Shown here piece by piece: positions 36,646 through 46,697 of a DNA stretch of 64,000 bases. The notes beneath the pieces are model-generated. The model did not search any database. It was not told the DNA's origin and worked only from the letters and a program-made list of their open reading frames with translations. A program made the translations under genes and the position numbers. Origin of the DNA: an uncultured bacterium (GTDB taxonomy: Bacteria > Lernaellota > Lernaellaia > JACKCT01). How positions within the stretch are numbered: the stretch's first letter is position 1; each line of letters starts with the position of its first letter. The DNA lies in contig CAZQAE010000001.1 of the NCBI GenBank assembly GCA_964591275.1, positions 51,988-115,987 on the forward strand, in the 5' to 3' direction.

Positions 36646-37686
36646 ATGACGAAAACAATGCGCGTCGCCGTGTATTACAGCAACAGCGATATCCGAATAG
36701 AAAATCGCCCCATTCCGAAGATCGGTCCTGGCGAATTGCTGATGAAGATATTCGCCAGCGGTGTTTGCGGGTCCGATGTAATGGAATGGTACCGCATTCA
36801 TAAGGCCCCGCTTGTGCTTGGCCATGAGGTTGCCGGGGAGGTTGCCGAAGTGGGCGAAGGGGCGGGGGACTTTTCGGTCGGCGACCGGATCGTCGTTTCC
36901 CATCACGTGCCCTGCATGGTTTGCGACAATTGCCGAAACGGCCACGAAACCGTGTGCGATACTCTTTTTACTACAAATTTCGACCCCGGTGGATTTTGCG
37001 AGTACCTTCGCGTTCCCGCCATCAACGTGCGCAATGGAACATATCTGATTCCCGACGGCGTGTCTTTTGACGAGGCGTGTTTCGCCGAACCGATGGCGTG
37101 CGTGCTGCGCGGGCAGCGCAGGGCGGGCGTCGGGCCCGGCAAGAGCGTGCTCGTGCTGGGAAGCGGCATTGCCGGAATCGGGCATATCCATCTGGCTTGC
37201 GCCCTGGGGGCCGGGGCGGTGGTGGCCACGGACGTTGACCCCTGGCGCATCAAGGCGGCTAGGCGTTTCGGCGCCGCGCAGGCATTTTTGGCAAAGGATT
37301 ATACGCCGGATGAATTTCGGCGGGCCAACGGAGGTCGCCTGGCGGATGTTGTTATTACAACGGCGGGCACTCGTCCGGTTTTTGAACAAGCTTTTGCCAG
37401 CGTGGCGCGCGGCGGCGTCATTCTGATCTTTGCGCCCACGATGCCGGGCGAAACGATTCCACTTTCGGTCAACGATCTGTTTTGGAAAACCGACCTGACG
37501 ATAACAACCACGTACGCCGGAAGCCCCGCCGATCACGTGACGGCATTGCGGATGATTGGCGCGGGCCGTTTGAAAGTGAAGGATATGATCACGCATCGTT
37601 TTGGTCTGGCCGATACATCGGAGGCCTTTCAAAAGGTTGCGTCCGGGACCGATTCGATCAAGGTCATTGTGTACCCGGACAAGTAA
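36646..37686 (+). CDS. Zinc-dependent alcohol dehydrogenase (MDR family, threonine/sorbitol dehydrogenase-like)
   Basis: GGAGAA RBS before ATG 36646. Motifs GVCGSDVMEW and GHEVAGEV. Structural-zinc Cys cluster CMVCDNCRNG. NAD-binding GSGIAGIG. Confidence 0.85.
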   Translation: MTKTMRVAVYYSNSDIRIENRPIPKIGPGELLMKIFASGVCGSDVMEWYRIHKAPLVLGHEVAGEVAEVGEGAGDFSVGDRIVVSHHVPCMVCDNCRNGHETVCDTLFTTNFDPGGFCEYLRVPAINVRNGTYLIPDGVSFDEACFAEPMACVLRGQRRAGVGPGKSVLVLGSGIAGIGHIHLACALGAGAVVATDVDPWRIKAARRFGAAQAFLAKDYTPDEFRRANGGRLADVVITTAGTRPVFEQAFASVARGGVILIFAPTMPGETIPLSVNDLFWKTDLTITTTYAGSPADHVTALRMIGAGRLKVKDMITHRFGLADTSEAFQKVASGTDSIKVIVYPDK

Positions 37687-37853
37687 AGTATGCGGTATGA
37701 AGTTTGAGTTTCGGAGATGCTATCCGGCGGTCCGCTCAAGGCGGCGATGGATGCCGACAAGCATGCTATTCAAATTATCGCTTAACGCTGACGCGTTCCG
37801 TCCCTCATACTTCATACTTCAAACCCCGGGCACTTTGACTTTTGGAATTTCAA

Positions 37854-38777
37854 ATGTCTTCGGATAGAATTAAATCAGGCGATGCCCCTGGCCGGGATAG
37901 CCGATCCTATGGGATGATTAGTCGCGTCACCTTGACCGGATCAGCGCTCAACCTCTTTCTAGCCCTGATGAAAATCATCGCCGGCAAGTTGTCGGGTTCC
38001 ATGGCCCTGGTTGCCGATGGAGCGCATTCATTCGGCGATTTGATTTCCGACGCCGCTGTTTTGGCCGGTGTGAAAATCGCTTCCAAGCCGAGTGACGACA
38101 GCCACCCCTATGGCCATGGGAAATTCGAGACCCTGGCCGGCATTTTCGTTGCATTTCTTCTCGTCGGCACAGGCGGCGGCATCGCCTGGTCCGCGATCCA
38201 TGCATTGATTAATGATGTGCAAAGCTTTACCGGGGAAACCGTTATTGTCGTGGCCGCTATCTCCATTGCCGGCAAAGAGTGGATTTTTTGGGTAACGCGT
38301 AGCGTCGGGAAAAAAGTGAGAAGTCCGGCGGTGATAGCCAACGCATGGCACCACCGTTCGGATGCACTATCCTCCGTGGCCGTCCTGCTCGGTGGAGTTG
38401 GTTCACTTCTGGGTTGGGGACATGCTGACCAGGTAGCCGCCGTTGTGGTGGCTATCACGATCGTTCTTGTGGGTCTGGATATGTCCTGGAAAGGAATCGA
38501 TGAACTGCTGGAAGTGTCGATTGAACCGAAATTCGTGGAATCCATTTGCGAATTGATTCATTTGCATCCCCAGGTGCGAAATTTTCATGCCTTGCGAACG
38601 CGAAAAGTCGGAAATGAAATATTTGTAGATGTACACATCCTTGTTGATCCCGATATTAGCGTTGCGCAGAGTCATATGATCACTGAGGATCTTGAGAAAG
38701 GACTCGAAACGAGGCTTTCAAATCCCGTTAACTTCCTGATACACGTTGAACCGGATGTCCCTGAACTAAGAAAGTAA
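37854..38777 (+). CDS. Cation diffusion facilitator family transporter (CzcD/FieF-like)
   Basis: Six TM helices. HSFGD and HAxSD metal-binding motifs. C-terminal cytoplasmic domain. Confidence 0.85.
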   Translation: MSSDRIKSGDAPGRDSRSYGMISRVTLTGSALNLFLALMKIIAGKLSGSMALVADGAHSFGDLISDAAVLAGVKIASKPSDDSHPYGHGKFETLAGIFVAFLLVGTGGGIAWSAIHALINDVQSFTGETVIVVAAISIAGKEWIFWVTRSVGKKVRSPAVIANAWHHRSDALSSVAVLLGGVGSLLGWGHADQVAAVVVAITIVLVGLDMSWKGIDELLEVSIEPKFVESICELIHLHPQVRNFHALRTRKVGNEIFVDVHILVDPDISVAQSHMITEDLEKGLETRLSNPVNFLIHVEPDVPELRK

Positions 38778-38884
38778 ATGGCGGGAGGAAATTCGACGGG
38801 TCCGCCGCCGGAATCATCTGACCCATAATTGCTTCTTCCATCCGCCAGGAAACAGGCGTTGCCATTGGCGAAGAATTTATTCGA

Positions 38885-41173
38885 TCAGCGTGGCAGTAAA
38901 TTGTTTTCCTGAAAACACTGGACCATCAGGTCAGACAGAATATCCGTGCCCGTTGGATTCAAGTGCACGGTGTCCCATGGGAAAACGAGGCTGGTCATGT
39001 CTTCGCGGGCTTTGGACATCCAGGAATGCGTATCGCAGAAAACCGCATGGACCTGATCGGCCGTTTCTTCCATGCTGGCATAGAGAAAATTGGCGGGATT
39101 ATTCTTCGTCGGCAAGTGGCTTGTGTCTTGTTTCCACATAAATTCGGAAGTGAAAACGATCTTCGCTTTTTGCCGTCTGGCGAGATCGGCCATGTCTTTT
39201 AGGTTCAGCACAAAGTCCTCAACGGGATTTATTCGCTTCAGAATCGAAGTTTTGGCCGTGCGTCGGCCCCTTTTTTCCACAATGGCTCTCGTCAGACCGT
39301 TGTAGAGACGGAATCGACGCAGACTGTCCTGGATTTTAATAATCCAACTTCTTTTTTCCATCAGGCCTTTGCCTGCCATGTAGTCTTCAATATCATCCCA
39401 GTCGCCGCCGGTTTTGGCCGCCCACAATTCACGGAGTGTGAAGGGTCCCCATTCATCCCAGGAAGTCGAATCGTTGAAGCCGCAATACAGAACGAGCAAA
39501 TCATATTGCAGGTCTTTTAAATAACTTTGGTGTAAAACGAGCAGTTGAAAAAGGTTGTATCCACATACGCCGGAATTTACGACCTGATATTTGACCCCGT
39601 CATCGCGGTCATTGAGTTTCTTTTCAAGTTTATATCCCCATGTGTCCTGGATATCGTCCAGCCTGTCTCCCCATACGTTGCTTCCCCCCATGATGACAAT
39701 ACGGAAGACGCCATCGGGTTTTTTGCCAGGAACGTTTCCGGAGCGGAAGTTGATTTTTTCAACGGTATAATCACTGCGCCTGTCATAATCCGCATCGGGC
39801 GCCATAAGATTCTTCGGCGCCCAAAAAAGAAGGTTGTCCGACCGAAAATCTTCGCCGATGTTATCCGGAAGCCAGTGGACGGCATAAGTCGAGTGCCGGG
39901 CGGTAAATTCCGCCCCGACGAAAAGAAACGCTACGGCGGCGATCATGAAAAGAGAAGATGCGGCAAAGCTTTTGCCGTACAAGCGCATTAGTGAGAATTT
40001 GGCCGCTGCCATCGCCGTCAACGACAGCGCGGTCAGGGCTATCAAATCCGCCGCGTCCGTCGACCGCAGTTGGTCAAGCGCCGGCAGGGCGGCGAAGATG
40101 AGGGGAACAGAGGCAATAAGCGCCCCCGCCTGCCAGGGCAGCTTGGCTGAAAAGCGCCAGAAAATCATTTCGCAGAAGATGAGAATGGAAAGGCCGCTAA
40201 AAATAAAGAGCCTTGCGCCGGTCGTGGGATCCAGCAGTTTTGCCGGGTTCGGGGGTCTCAGAAGGCCGGCAAGGGATAATGAGGCTGGAATGACAAGAAG
40301 GAGCCAAAACCAGGCGCGGGGTCGGTTCCAGTATACGCGTGGCAAAATTGCCAGACGCCAAGCCGTTGTGGCGGTGGCGAGGAATAGCATCGCATCCAGG
40401 CGCATCGGAGCATCAATGAATCCCATTGTGACAGCGAAAGGGAGATATCCGGCGGCAAAGGTTGCAATAGCATCCCCTCGTCGTGCGATCCCGGAAATTG
40501 ATAAAATGAGATGATCCATCCAGCGCGCAAGAAACAATAATGGGCATAAGCATGCGAAAAGCTTGAGGAGGAAAAGATAATTTTCAAGGTTTTCCCCGAA
40601 TCGCTCGGTGAAGAGTATCGCGCCGGTTTCGGCATCTTTCACAGTGAAGTTGTCGATGTCGAACACTGATTCCTTCGACAAGATCTCGATGGTTTCCAGA
40701 TGGTCCGTTGGACGCGCAACGGTTTTTATCCAATCTTTTTCCATGTGACGAAGGGAAAGAGATGTTTCGTCAATTTTGATTTCGATTGTCTGGCGCTTTC
40801 CCGGAATGCGGTCGATATCGTTGCCAACGATAAATGCTTCGGCGCTGTTGCCCTCGTGGTCCCATGCTCGAATGAAGATCATTCCGATCCATATTGGATT
40901 TAGATCAAACTCAACGCTAAGGTTCGTATTCGTCATTGACGCCGGAACGGAATATTTTAATGCGGATTTCCAAACCATTTTGACAACGCCGCCCCTGGGC
41001 CATTTTTCATCGCCCTCGGCGGATAGGGAAAACGGAGCTTCGATAGGCGAACGACCGTAGTACAGCGTGCAGGAAATTGTCAGAATCGCGGCAAGAAAGA
41101 TAAGGCTTGGTTTGAAACTATGCCATCGAACGGGGCCTTGGTGCGTGATATCGACAGGATTTCGATAGTCCAT
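38885..41173 (-). CDS. Polytopic membrane protein fused to C-terminal SGNH/GDSL hydrolase domain (putative exopolysaccharide acyl-modifying enzyme)
   Basis: N-terminal TM plus extracytoplasmic domain, then a multi-TM region. SGNH blocks IVIMGGSNVWG (block I), YCGFND (block III) and DTVHLNPTG (block V). ATG 41173 preferred over TTG 41191. Confidence 0.65.
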   Translation of the reverse strand: MDYRNPVDITHQGPVRWHSFKPSLIFLAAILTISCTLYYGRSPIEAPFSLSAEGDEKWPRGGVVKMVWKSALKYSVPASMTNTNLSVEFDLNPIWIGMIFIRAWDHEGNSAEAFIVGNDIDRIPGKRQTIEIKIDETSLSLRHMEKDWIKTVARPTDHLETIEILSKESVFDIDNFTVKDAETGAILFTERFGENLENYLFLLKLFACLCPLLFLARWMDHLILSISGIARRGDAIATFAAGYLPFAVTMGFIDAPMRLDAMLFLATATTAWRLAILPRVYWNRPRAWFWLLLVIPASLSLAGLLRPPNPAKLLDPTTGARLFIFSGLSILIFCEMIFWRFSAKLPWQAGALIASVPLIFAALPALDQLRSTDAADLIALTALSLTAMAAAKFSLMRLYGKSFAASSLFMIAAVAFLFVGAEFTARHSTYAVHWLPDNIGEDFRSDNLLFWAPKNLMAPDADYDRRSDYTVEKINFRSGNVPGKKPDGVFRIVIMGGSNVWGDRLDDIQDTWGYKLEKKLNDRDDGVKYQVVNSGVCGYNLFQLLVLHQSYLKDLQYDLLVLYCGFNDSTSWDEWGPFTLRELWAAKTGGDWDDIEDYMAGKGLMEKRSWIIKIQDSLRRFRLYNGLTRAIVEKRGRRTAKTSILKRINPVEDFVLNLKDMADLARRQKAKIVFTSEFMWKQDTSHLPTKNNPANFLYASMEETADQVHAVFCDTHSWMSKAREDMTSLVFPWDTVHLNPTGTDILSDLMVQCFQENNLLPR

Positions 41174-41247
41174 GGCTATACTATGCCACAATTCCGGTCA
41201 AAGAGAATTGAAATTTGCAGGTCAAAGGGTCTGGGGTGAAAAAATTG

Positions 41248-41307
41248 AGAATGGCGAATTACGAATGGCGAATTCATTCAACATTCCGCATTCGAAATTC
41301 CGCATTC
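41248..41307. promoter_or_regulatory. Structured intergenic repeat cluster: 2x gaatggcgaatt followed by 2x attccgcattc (near-inverted copies)
   Basis: Direct tandem copies are seen in sequence. The second pair is almost the reverse complement of the first (GC/CG swap). A further 2x cactgacca repeat lies at 41321..41343. The cluster sits between the TPR exporter gene stop and the SGNH gene start. Confidence 0.35.
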
Positions 41308-41344
41308 CTTTCCGCTTTTGCACTGACCACAAATCACTGACCAA

Positions 41345-44300
41345 TTAGTATTGCACCGTGTCTGGGTGCGTGCCGAATATGAAGCGGTAGTTGAGGAATA
41401 GGGTGTAGGAATAATAATTATAATCCTGATCCAAGCCAAATCCTATATCCGCAGCGGCGCTGAGGATGTGTTTCGGCTGAATTCGCCAGTTCATGCCGCC
41501 GAATAATCCGAATCCATACCCGCCGTTTCCTTCCTCGATGTTGTAGGAGGGACTGACGCCGATGGAATAGTCGAAGGGCTGCGTTGGACGGTGATACCAG
41601 GTGATGGGCAGAGCATGCCCGTAGAAGGTTTCAGGTGCCCAGTAAACAGCAGCCTGATATGGAGTTTGGTCTTCGTGATCGATATACGAGAAGACGTAGG
41701 ATGCAAGGATCGAAGAGTTCTCCACTTGGAAGGGCTGCCTGAATGTGTAGCCGAGACCGGCTGTGACGAGATTGGAGACCTGCGAATCGAGGTTGTAAGT
41801 ATCGCCGATGGACTGGCTCTTGATGCGATAGGCATATTCGCCGAAAAGCTGGAAGTGATCCCAGGAAGTTCCGATCAGTTTCTTGAGGGTGAGGACGCCG
41901 CCGTAGGCGTCGGTATAAAGCATCTCACGCATCGACGACACAGTTTCGCGAATGTCCGTTCGTTTCAAATACAGATCAATGAGCGCGACATCCAGGAGGT
42001 TGAAGCCAAGGTGGCCTTCCCAGTTTGCGGTATTGTGGCTCACAGCGTCGCCGTAGAAGTTGATCGTGTATAAGCCCTTGAGAGAGACCTCGTTGAAAAG
42101 GCCGAGTTTCAGTCCGACGGTGGGTGAAATGTTGGTGACCGTTTCCTCGTTTTCCTGAAAAAATCGTCCGGCCTGCAATTTTGCGATGGCCTCCCAGCCT
42201 TCCCAGAAACGGTATGTGCCTACCACGCCGCCCTGGATGTAGGAAACGAGATCGTCGAATCGAATGCCTTCAGAGTAACCTGCGAAAACGTCCAAGGTCG
42301 GGGCGCTGTCGTAGACCACCTGTGTTAATCCCTGTTCGGCTTCCTGATTGCCCGGCTCCAACTGTCGTACAACTTCATATTGGTGAATGGCCGAGCGCCA
42401 CATGCCTGACATACGATAAATGTTGGCTAAGGCCAACCGGTAGTATACGTTGTCGGGATTGGCCTCCACGAGCTTTTCAAATTCGTATCGCGCTCGTTTG
42501 TAGCTTTCCTTGTTGTACAATTCGGCCGCCAATTGGGCGCTGTACTTTTCTTCAGCCTCGCTCGCGAAGAGCGAGGCATCTCCCGGTGGAATGCCGCCGG
42601 GCCCTCCTTGGGCGCCGGACGAAGAGAAGAAAGATTCGAGAAGAGCCTGGTCTGTGTAGTCGATGGAATACAGTTGCAGGTATTGTATGGCCTCCATATT
42701 CGTAGGATTGATAATCAGTATTCTCTTGTATTGATCGATAGCGTCGTCCACGCGTCCCGATTGCTTATAGGAGCGGGCCAGTCCCGTGCGTCCCTCTACG
42801 TTCCAGGGATCGCTGGCCGCCACGTACTCCAGGTTGACGGTGGAATCCTGATATTGGCCGATGGCTAGAAAGCACAAGCCCACTTCGAGTCTGACCTCTG
42901 TGTTTTCAGGTTGCTGCTCGGCAAGTTCCGCGTAAATGGCGATGGCGGAATCGTAGTCTTCTCCGTAGTTATAAGCCCTTGCGAGTTCCAGCTTCAATTC
43001 AAAATCATTCGGATCCTGGTTGACGAGATATTGCAGGTGTTCGGCTGCCTTGGCGTATTGCGTTTTGTAGGCATACAACTTCGCCAAAAGGCGGCGCGTA
43101 TCGGAATTTTCCGGTTCGGCGATGACGACCTTTTCGGCGTGGACAATAGCGTCATCGTAGCGGTCGGGATTCATGGAAAGAAGCGTTGCCAGGTAGAAAT
43201 GAGCGTCCACATTGTCCGGTTCGTTATCCAAAACGGCTTTGAATTCATTTTCCGCCAGGCCATTTTTCTTCATACCCATGTACACTCTACCAAGCGCCAG
43301 ATGGGCGTCTATGTTATTCGGCTCAAGCGTTATTGCTTCCTGATAGGCCACCTCGGCTTCGGCGAATTCACCCCTTTCAAGGAGAAGGCGGCCGAGTTCC
43401 AGGCGGGCTTCGGTGTTTTTGGGATAGCGGTCATACAAGTTGCGATACAGGTCGATTGCGCGCCCGTAATATTGACGATCCCATGAATAAAGGTTGGCGA
43501 GAGCGAAGCTGGCGTCGTAGTTGTTCGGGTCCTGTTTCAGGACAACTTCATATTGCCGCATCGCGGACTCAATGTGGTTGTTGTAGGTGAATAACTTAGC
43601 CAATGACATACGCGCTGGGATGTGCGAGGGATCTTGCGCGATGATGACCTGATATTGCTTGATGGCGGCGTCGTAGCGTTTGGCAAAGCCCAGTGTTTGA
43701 GCATACTCAGCACGCAGATCCAGATTTCCCGGTCGTCGCGACAGTAGCCACTGGTACTGTTGGATCGAGGCGTTGAAGCGCTGCGTCCACGAATAAAGCC
43801 TTGCCAGGCGCAATCGCATGTCGAAATTTTCCGGGTCCTGTTTCAGGATTTCAATACACTCGTAAATAGCCGCGTTGTATGTTCCCTTGTCATAGGCGTA
43901 AATTTCGGCAAGGGCCAGTCGCGAGGCTGTATGATTGGGGTCGATGTCGAGGATGCGACGGTATTCCCGAACGGCTTCTTTGTACCTGTTGTGCGCCTCG
44001 TATTCCCGGGCGAGCAAAAAGCGGATGTCGGTGTTGCCGGGATCATCTTCCAGAATCCCGCGCATCTGCACGATGTTCGCCGGATATTCGCCGTAAACGC
44101 CGTAGATGTCTCCCCAATTGTTTGAAAAAAGCCACCAGGCGCTTTTATAATCGCCGGTGACGGCGACATACCGGCGGGAAAGCAGATAATGATTGTAGGA
44201 AAGCTCGGTGAAAGAGTTGGAGTTGTTGGGGTCAATTTCAAGCGCCTTGCGGTGCATGACGATCGCTTTTTCATATTCGCCACTTTTTCGATCAATGACG

Positions 44301-46651
44301 CCCAAACCGTAATAAGCCCCTACCGATTTGTCATCGGCAGCCAGAACTTCCCGGTATTCCAGCTTCGCCTTGTCGTATTGATCCGTGATGCGATAGACAT
44401 CGCCCAGACCGAGATGCGCGTTGATGTGCCGTGAGTCTATCTCCATCACTTGCTTATAAGTCAGTTCAGCCAGATCGTACTCGCCTTCCATCTGGTAGGC
44501 CTGGGCGAGGGCAATGCGAATTTCGGTTCTGGATGGATCCTGATTGAGTTGATCCACCAATTCGCCGATGACCTGTTCGCCGTGCCCCGCGTATATTCTG
44601 GTTCTGACCATCTCAATGTAGAGGTCTTCATCATGGGGGCTTTTTGCGATCAGGGTCTGGTATTCGACAACGGATTCGTCATATCGCTCGGTCCATGAAT
44701 AAAGTCTGGCCAGGAGCAGGCGGGTTGTGTCGTCTTCGGGGTCCTGCGTCAGAATATATCGGCATTCCTGAATGCCCTTGTCATAGTAAGCGCTGTCCTG
44801 GGCGTAAACGTGGGCCAGTTTGCGGTGAAGATCCATGTCGGAAAATCTTAGCACGAGGGCCTTTTCCAGCGTGTCGATGGCTTTGATCACGTCCTGCTGA
44901 TAAGCGTAGGCGTCGCCCAGGGCGCCGATGACTTCCATGTTTTGCGGTGCAATAGCCGCAGCTCGCCGGACGGCGTCAATGCTCTTTTCGTGGTCGCCCA
45001 TTTTGCCGTACACAACGGATAGACCCAGATAACCCGAAATATCGTTCGAATCGGCTTTGATGGCTTCATTATAGTGTACAACGGCGTTTTCGTAATCTCG
45101 GTGTTCGGTATAGATTTCGGCTAGTTTGATGTGCGGTTTGGATTCGCCCGGAAACTCCTTGATCGATTTTTCTAGGGTCCCCACGGCTTTGTTGTAGCTC
45201 ATGGTGGCTTCGATGCCGGCGAAAATCCAGCGGACTCGGTCTATGACGCCAAGCCATTGCTTCTCGATTTCGACTGACAGTTCTTCTTTGCGCTTTTTCG
45301 CCGCTACCGATTTTAAATTGTAGGCTTCGGCCAGTCCTATCTGGGCTTCCATGCGAACCGCGGGGTCGTCGGTGTCCATCGCGTCTTTGAACATGTCGAT
45401 GGACTCTTCGAACTGCCCGCTTTTCGCATGAAGATTGGCCTTGAGCAGCTTGGCTTCAGCGTCCTGCGGCAAAGCGGAAATGGCTAGGTCTACCTCGTGG
45501 ATGGCGCGTTCGTAGTCACCTGCGTCGCGCAAGGTCCTGACGTATTCCAGGCGAATACTCTGGTTTTCTGGGTCGGCTTCCAGCATGGCCTGGTATTGGG
45601 CCTCGGCTTCGGCGGTGTTGTTGGAAAGGGCATATATGCGGCTCAGCAGTTTCCTGGCCTCGAAATTGTTGGGATCGTCTTCCAGGATTTCATTGCAGGC
45701 CTTGACCGCCTTCGGATAAGTGGCATCTTCCCAGGAATACAGGTTGGCGAGGATAATCTTTGTGTCCATATTTGCCGGTTCCAGTCCAGCGGCTTTTTCG
45801 TAGGACTCAATGGCCTCGCGCGTTCGCTTCTGCGCGGCGTAGGCATTGCCGATACCGCGCAAAGCGACGATGTTGTCCGGGTCTTTTTTCAGGACCATGC
45901 GGTACGAGAGCACGGCGTCGGCGTAACGCTGGGAATAGGTGTAGGCTTCGCCCAGGCCCAAAAGAGCCCTGTCGGTGTACTTGGGTTTGAGGGAGAGGAG
46001 GTTGAACTGGTTGGTCGCCTCGTCATATTGCTTGGCGTACATGAGGACGTACGCATATTCCAGGCGCAGATCATCATTGTTCGGGTCGCCTTTCAGAATC
46101 TGCTTGTAGACCTCGGCGGCTTCGGTATGTTGTCCCATCCATGAGCGCACTCGCGCGGAAATGAGCAGTGTTTTTTTGTCCTCCGGATCCTTTTCGAGTA
46201 TTTTATCGCAGGCTTCTATTGATTTATCGTAGGTGGCTTTATCCCAGGAGTAGACTTCGGCAAGTTCCCGAAGCGCGGTGAGATTTTCCGGTTCGATCTT
46301 GAGCAATTCGTTGTATTGTTCTACGGCGTTGGGCGAATCGTTTTCCCACTGATAAACCTGTGCCAAATGCAGGCGCACAACACCGTCATTCGGATCCTCT
46401 TGAATCACCTCCCTGTATACGGAAATCGCCATGGCGTTTTTTCCGAGCGCATAATAGCAGTCGCCCAAGCGCTTTTTGGCGTCAAGGTTGGCGGGATCAT
46501 CTTCCAGGGCCTTCATAAAGAAACCGATGGCCTGGCCGAAGTTGTTCTTTCCATAGTGGCTGACGCCATCCTCATAATTGCCCGCCCATACCGGCGGCGT
46601 AAGGAAGGTCAACCATCCAAGGAAGGTGAGGAATACCGCGATGCGTTTCAT
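41345..46651 (-). CDS. Giant TPR-repeat protein with C-terminal outer-membrane beta-barrel (PgaA/BcsC-like exopolysaccharide export protein)
   Basis: ATG 46651 (TTG 46657 alternative). Signal peptide MKRIAVFLTFLGWLTFLTPPVWA. About 1400 aa of TPR repeats. C-terminal 350 aa of alternating amphipathic strands ending in the aromatic-rich ...YRFIFGTHPDTVQY. Confidence 0.8.
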   Translation of the reverse strand: MKRIAVFLTFLGWLTFLTPPVWAGNYEDGVSHYGKNNFGQAIGFFMKALEDDPANLDAKKRLGDCYYALGKNAMAISVYREVIQEDPNDGVVRLHLAQVYQWENDSPNAVEQYNELLKIEPENLTALRELAEVYSWDKATYDKSIEACDKILEKDPEDKKTLLISARVRSWMGQHTEAAEVYKQILKGDPNNDDLRLEYAYVLMYAKQYDEATNQFNLLSLKPKYTDRALLGLGEAYTYSQRYADAVLSYRMVLKKDPDNIVALRGIGNAYAAQKRTREAIESYEKAAGLEPANMDTKIILANLYSWEDATYPKAVKACNEILEDDPNNFEARKLLSRIYALSNNTAEAEAQYQAMLEADPENQSIRLEYVRTLRDAGDYERAIHEVDLAISALPQDAEAKLLKANLHAKSGQFEESIDMFKDAMDTDDPAVRMEAQIGLAEAYNLKSVAAKKRKEELSVEIEKQWLGVIDRVRWIFAGIEATMSYNKAVGTLEKSIKEFPGESKPHIKLAEIYTEHRDYENAVVHYNEAIKADSNDISGYLGLSVVYGKMGDHEKSIDAVRRAAAIAPQNMEVIGALGDAYAYQQDVIKAIDTLEKALVLRFSDMDLHRKLAHVYAQDSAYYDKGIQECRYILTQDPEDDTTRLLLARLYSWTERYDESVVEYQTLIAKSPHDEDLYIEMVRTRIYAGHGEQVIGELVDQLNQDPSRTEIRIALAQAYQMEGEYDLAELTYKQVMEIDSRHINAHLGLGDVYRITDQYDKAKLEYREVLAADDKSVGAYYGLGVIDRKSGEYEKAIVMHRKALEIDPNNSNSFTELSYNHYLLSRRYVAVTGDYKSAWWLFSNNWGDIYGVYGEYPANIVQMRGILEDDPGNTDIRFLLAREYEAHNRYKEAVREYRRILDIDPNHTASRLALAEIYAYDKGTYNAAIYECIEILKQDPENFDMRLRLARLYSWTQRFNASIQQYQWLLSRRPGNLDLRAEYAQTLGFAKRYDAAIKQYQVIIAQDPSHIPARMSLAKLFTYNNHIESAMRQYEVVLKQDPNNYDASFALANLYSWDRQYYGRAIDLYRNLYDRYPKNTEARLELGRLLLERGEFAEAEVAYQEAITLEPNNIDAHLALGRVYMGMKKNGLAENEFKAVLDNEPDNVDAHFYLATLLSMNPDRYDDAIVHAEKVVIAEPENSDTRRLLAKLYAYKTQYAKAAEHLQYLVNQDPNDFELKLELARAYNYGEDYDSAIAIYAELAEQQPENTEVRLEVGLCFLAIGQYQDSTVNLEYVAASDPWNVEGRTGLARSYKQSGRVDDAIDQYKRILIINPTNMEAIQYLQLYSIDYTDQALLESFFSSSGAQGGPGGIPPGDASLFASEAEEKYSAQLAAELYNKESYKRARYEFEKLVEANPDNVYYRLALANIYRMSGMWRSAIHQYEVVRQLEPGNQEAEQGLTQVVYDSAPTLDVFAGYSEGIRFDDLVSYIQGGVVGTYRFWEGWEAIAKLQAGRFFQENEETVTNISPTVGLKLGLFNEVSLKGLYTINFYGDAVSHNTANWEGHLGFNLLDVALIDLYLKRTDIRETVSSMREMLYTDAYGGVLTLKKLIGTSWDHFQLFGEYAYRIKSQSIGDTYNLDSQVSNLVTAGLGYTFRQPFQVENSSILASYVFSYIDHEDQTPYQAAVYWAPETFYGHALPITWYHRPTQPFDYSIGVSPSYNIEEGNGGYGFGLFGGMNWRIQPKHILSAAADIGFGLDQDYNYYSYTLFLNYRFIFGTHPDTVQY

Positions 46652-46697
46652 TCCCAATACCCCTTATCGGGTTGTCGATGACGGTGATCGGCGTTCA

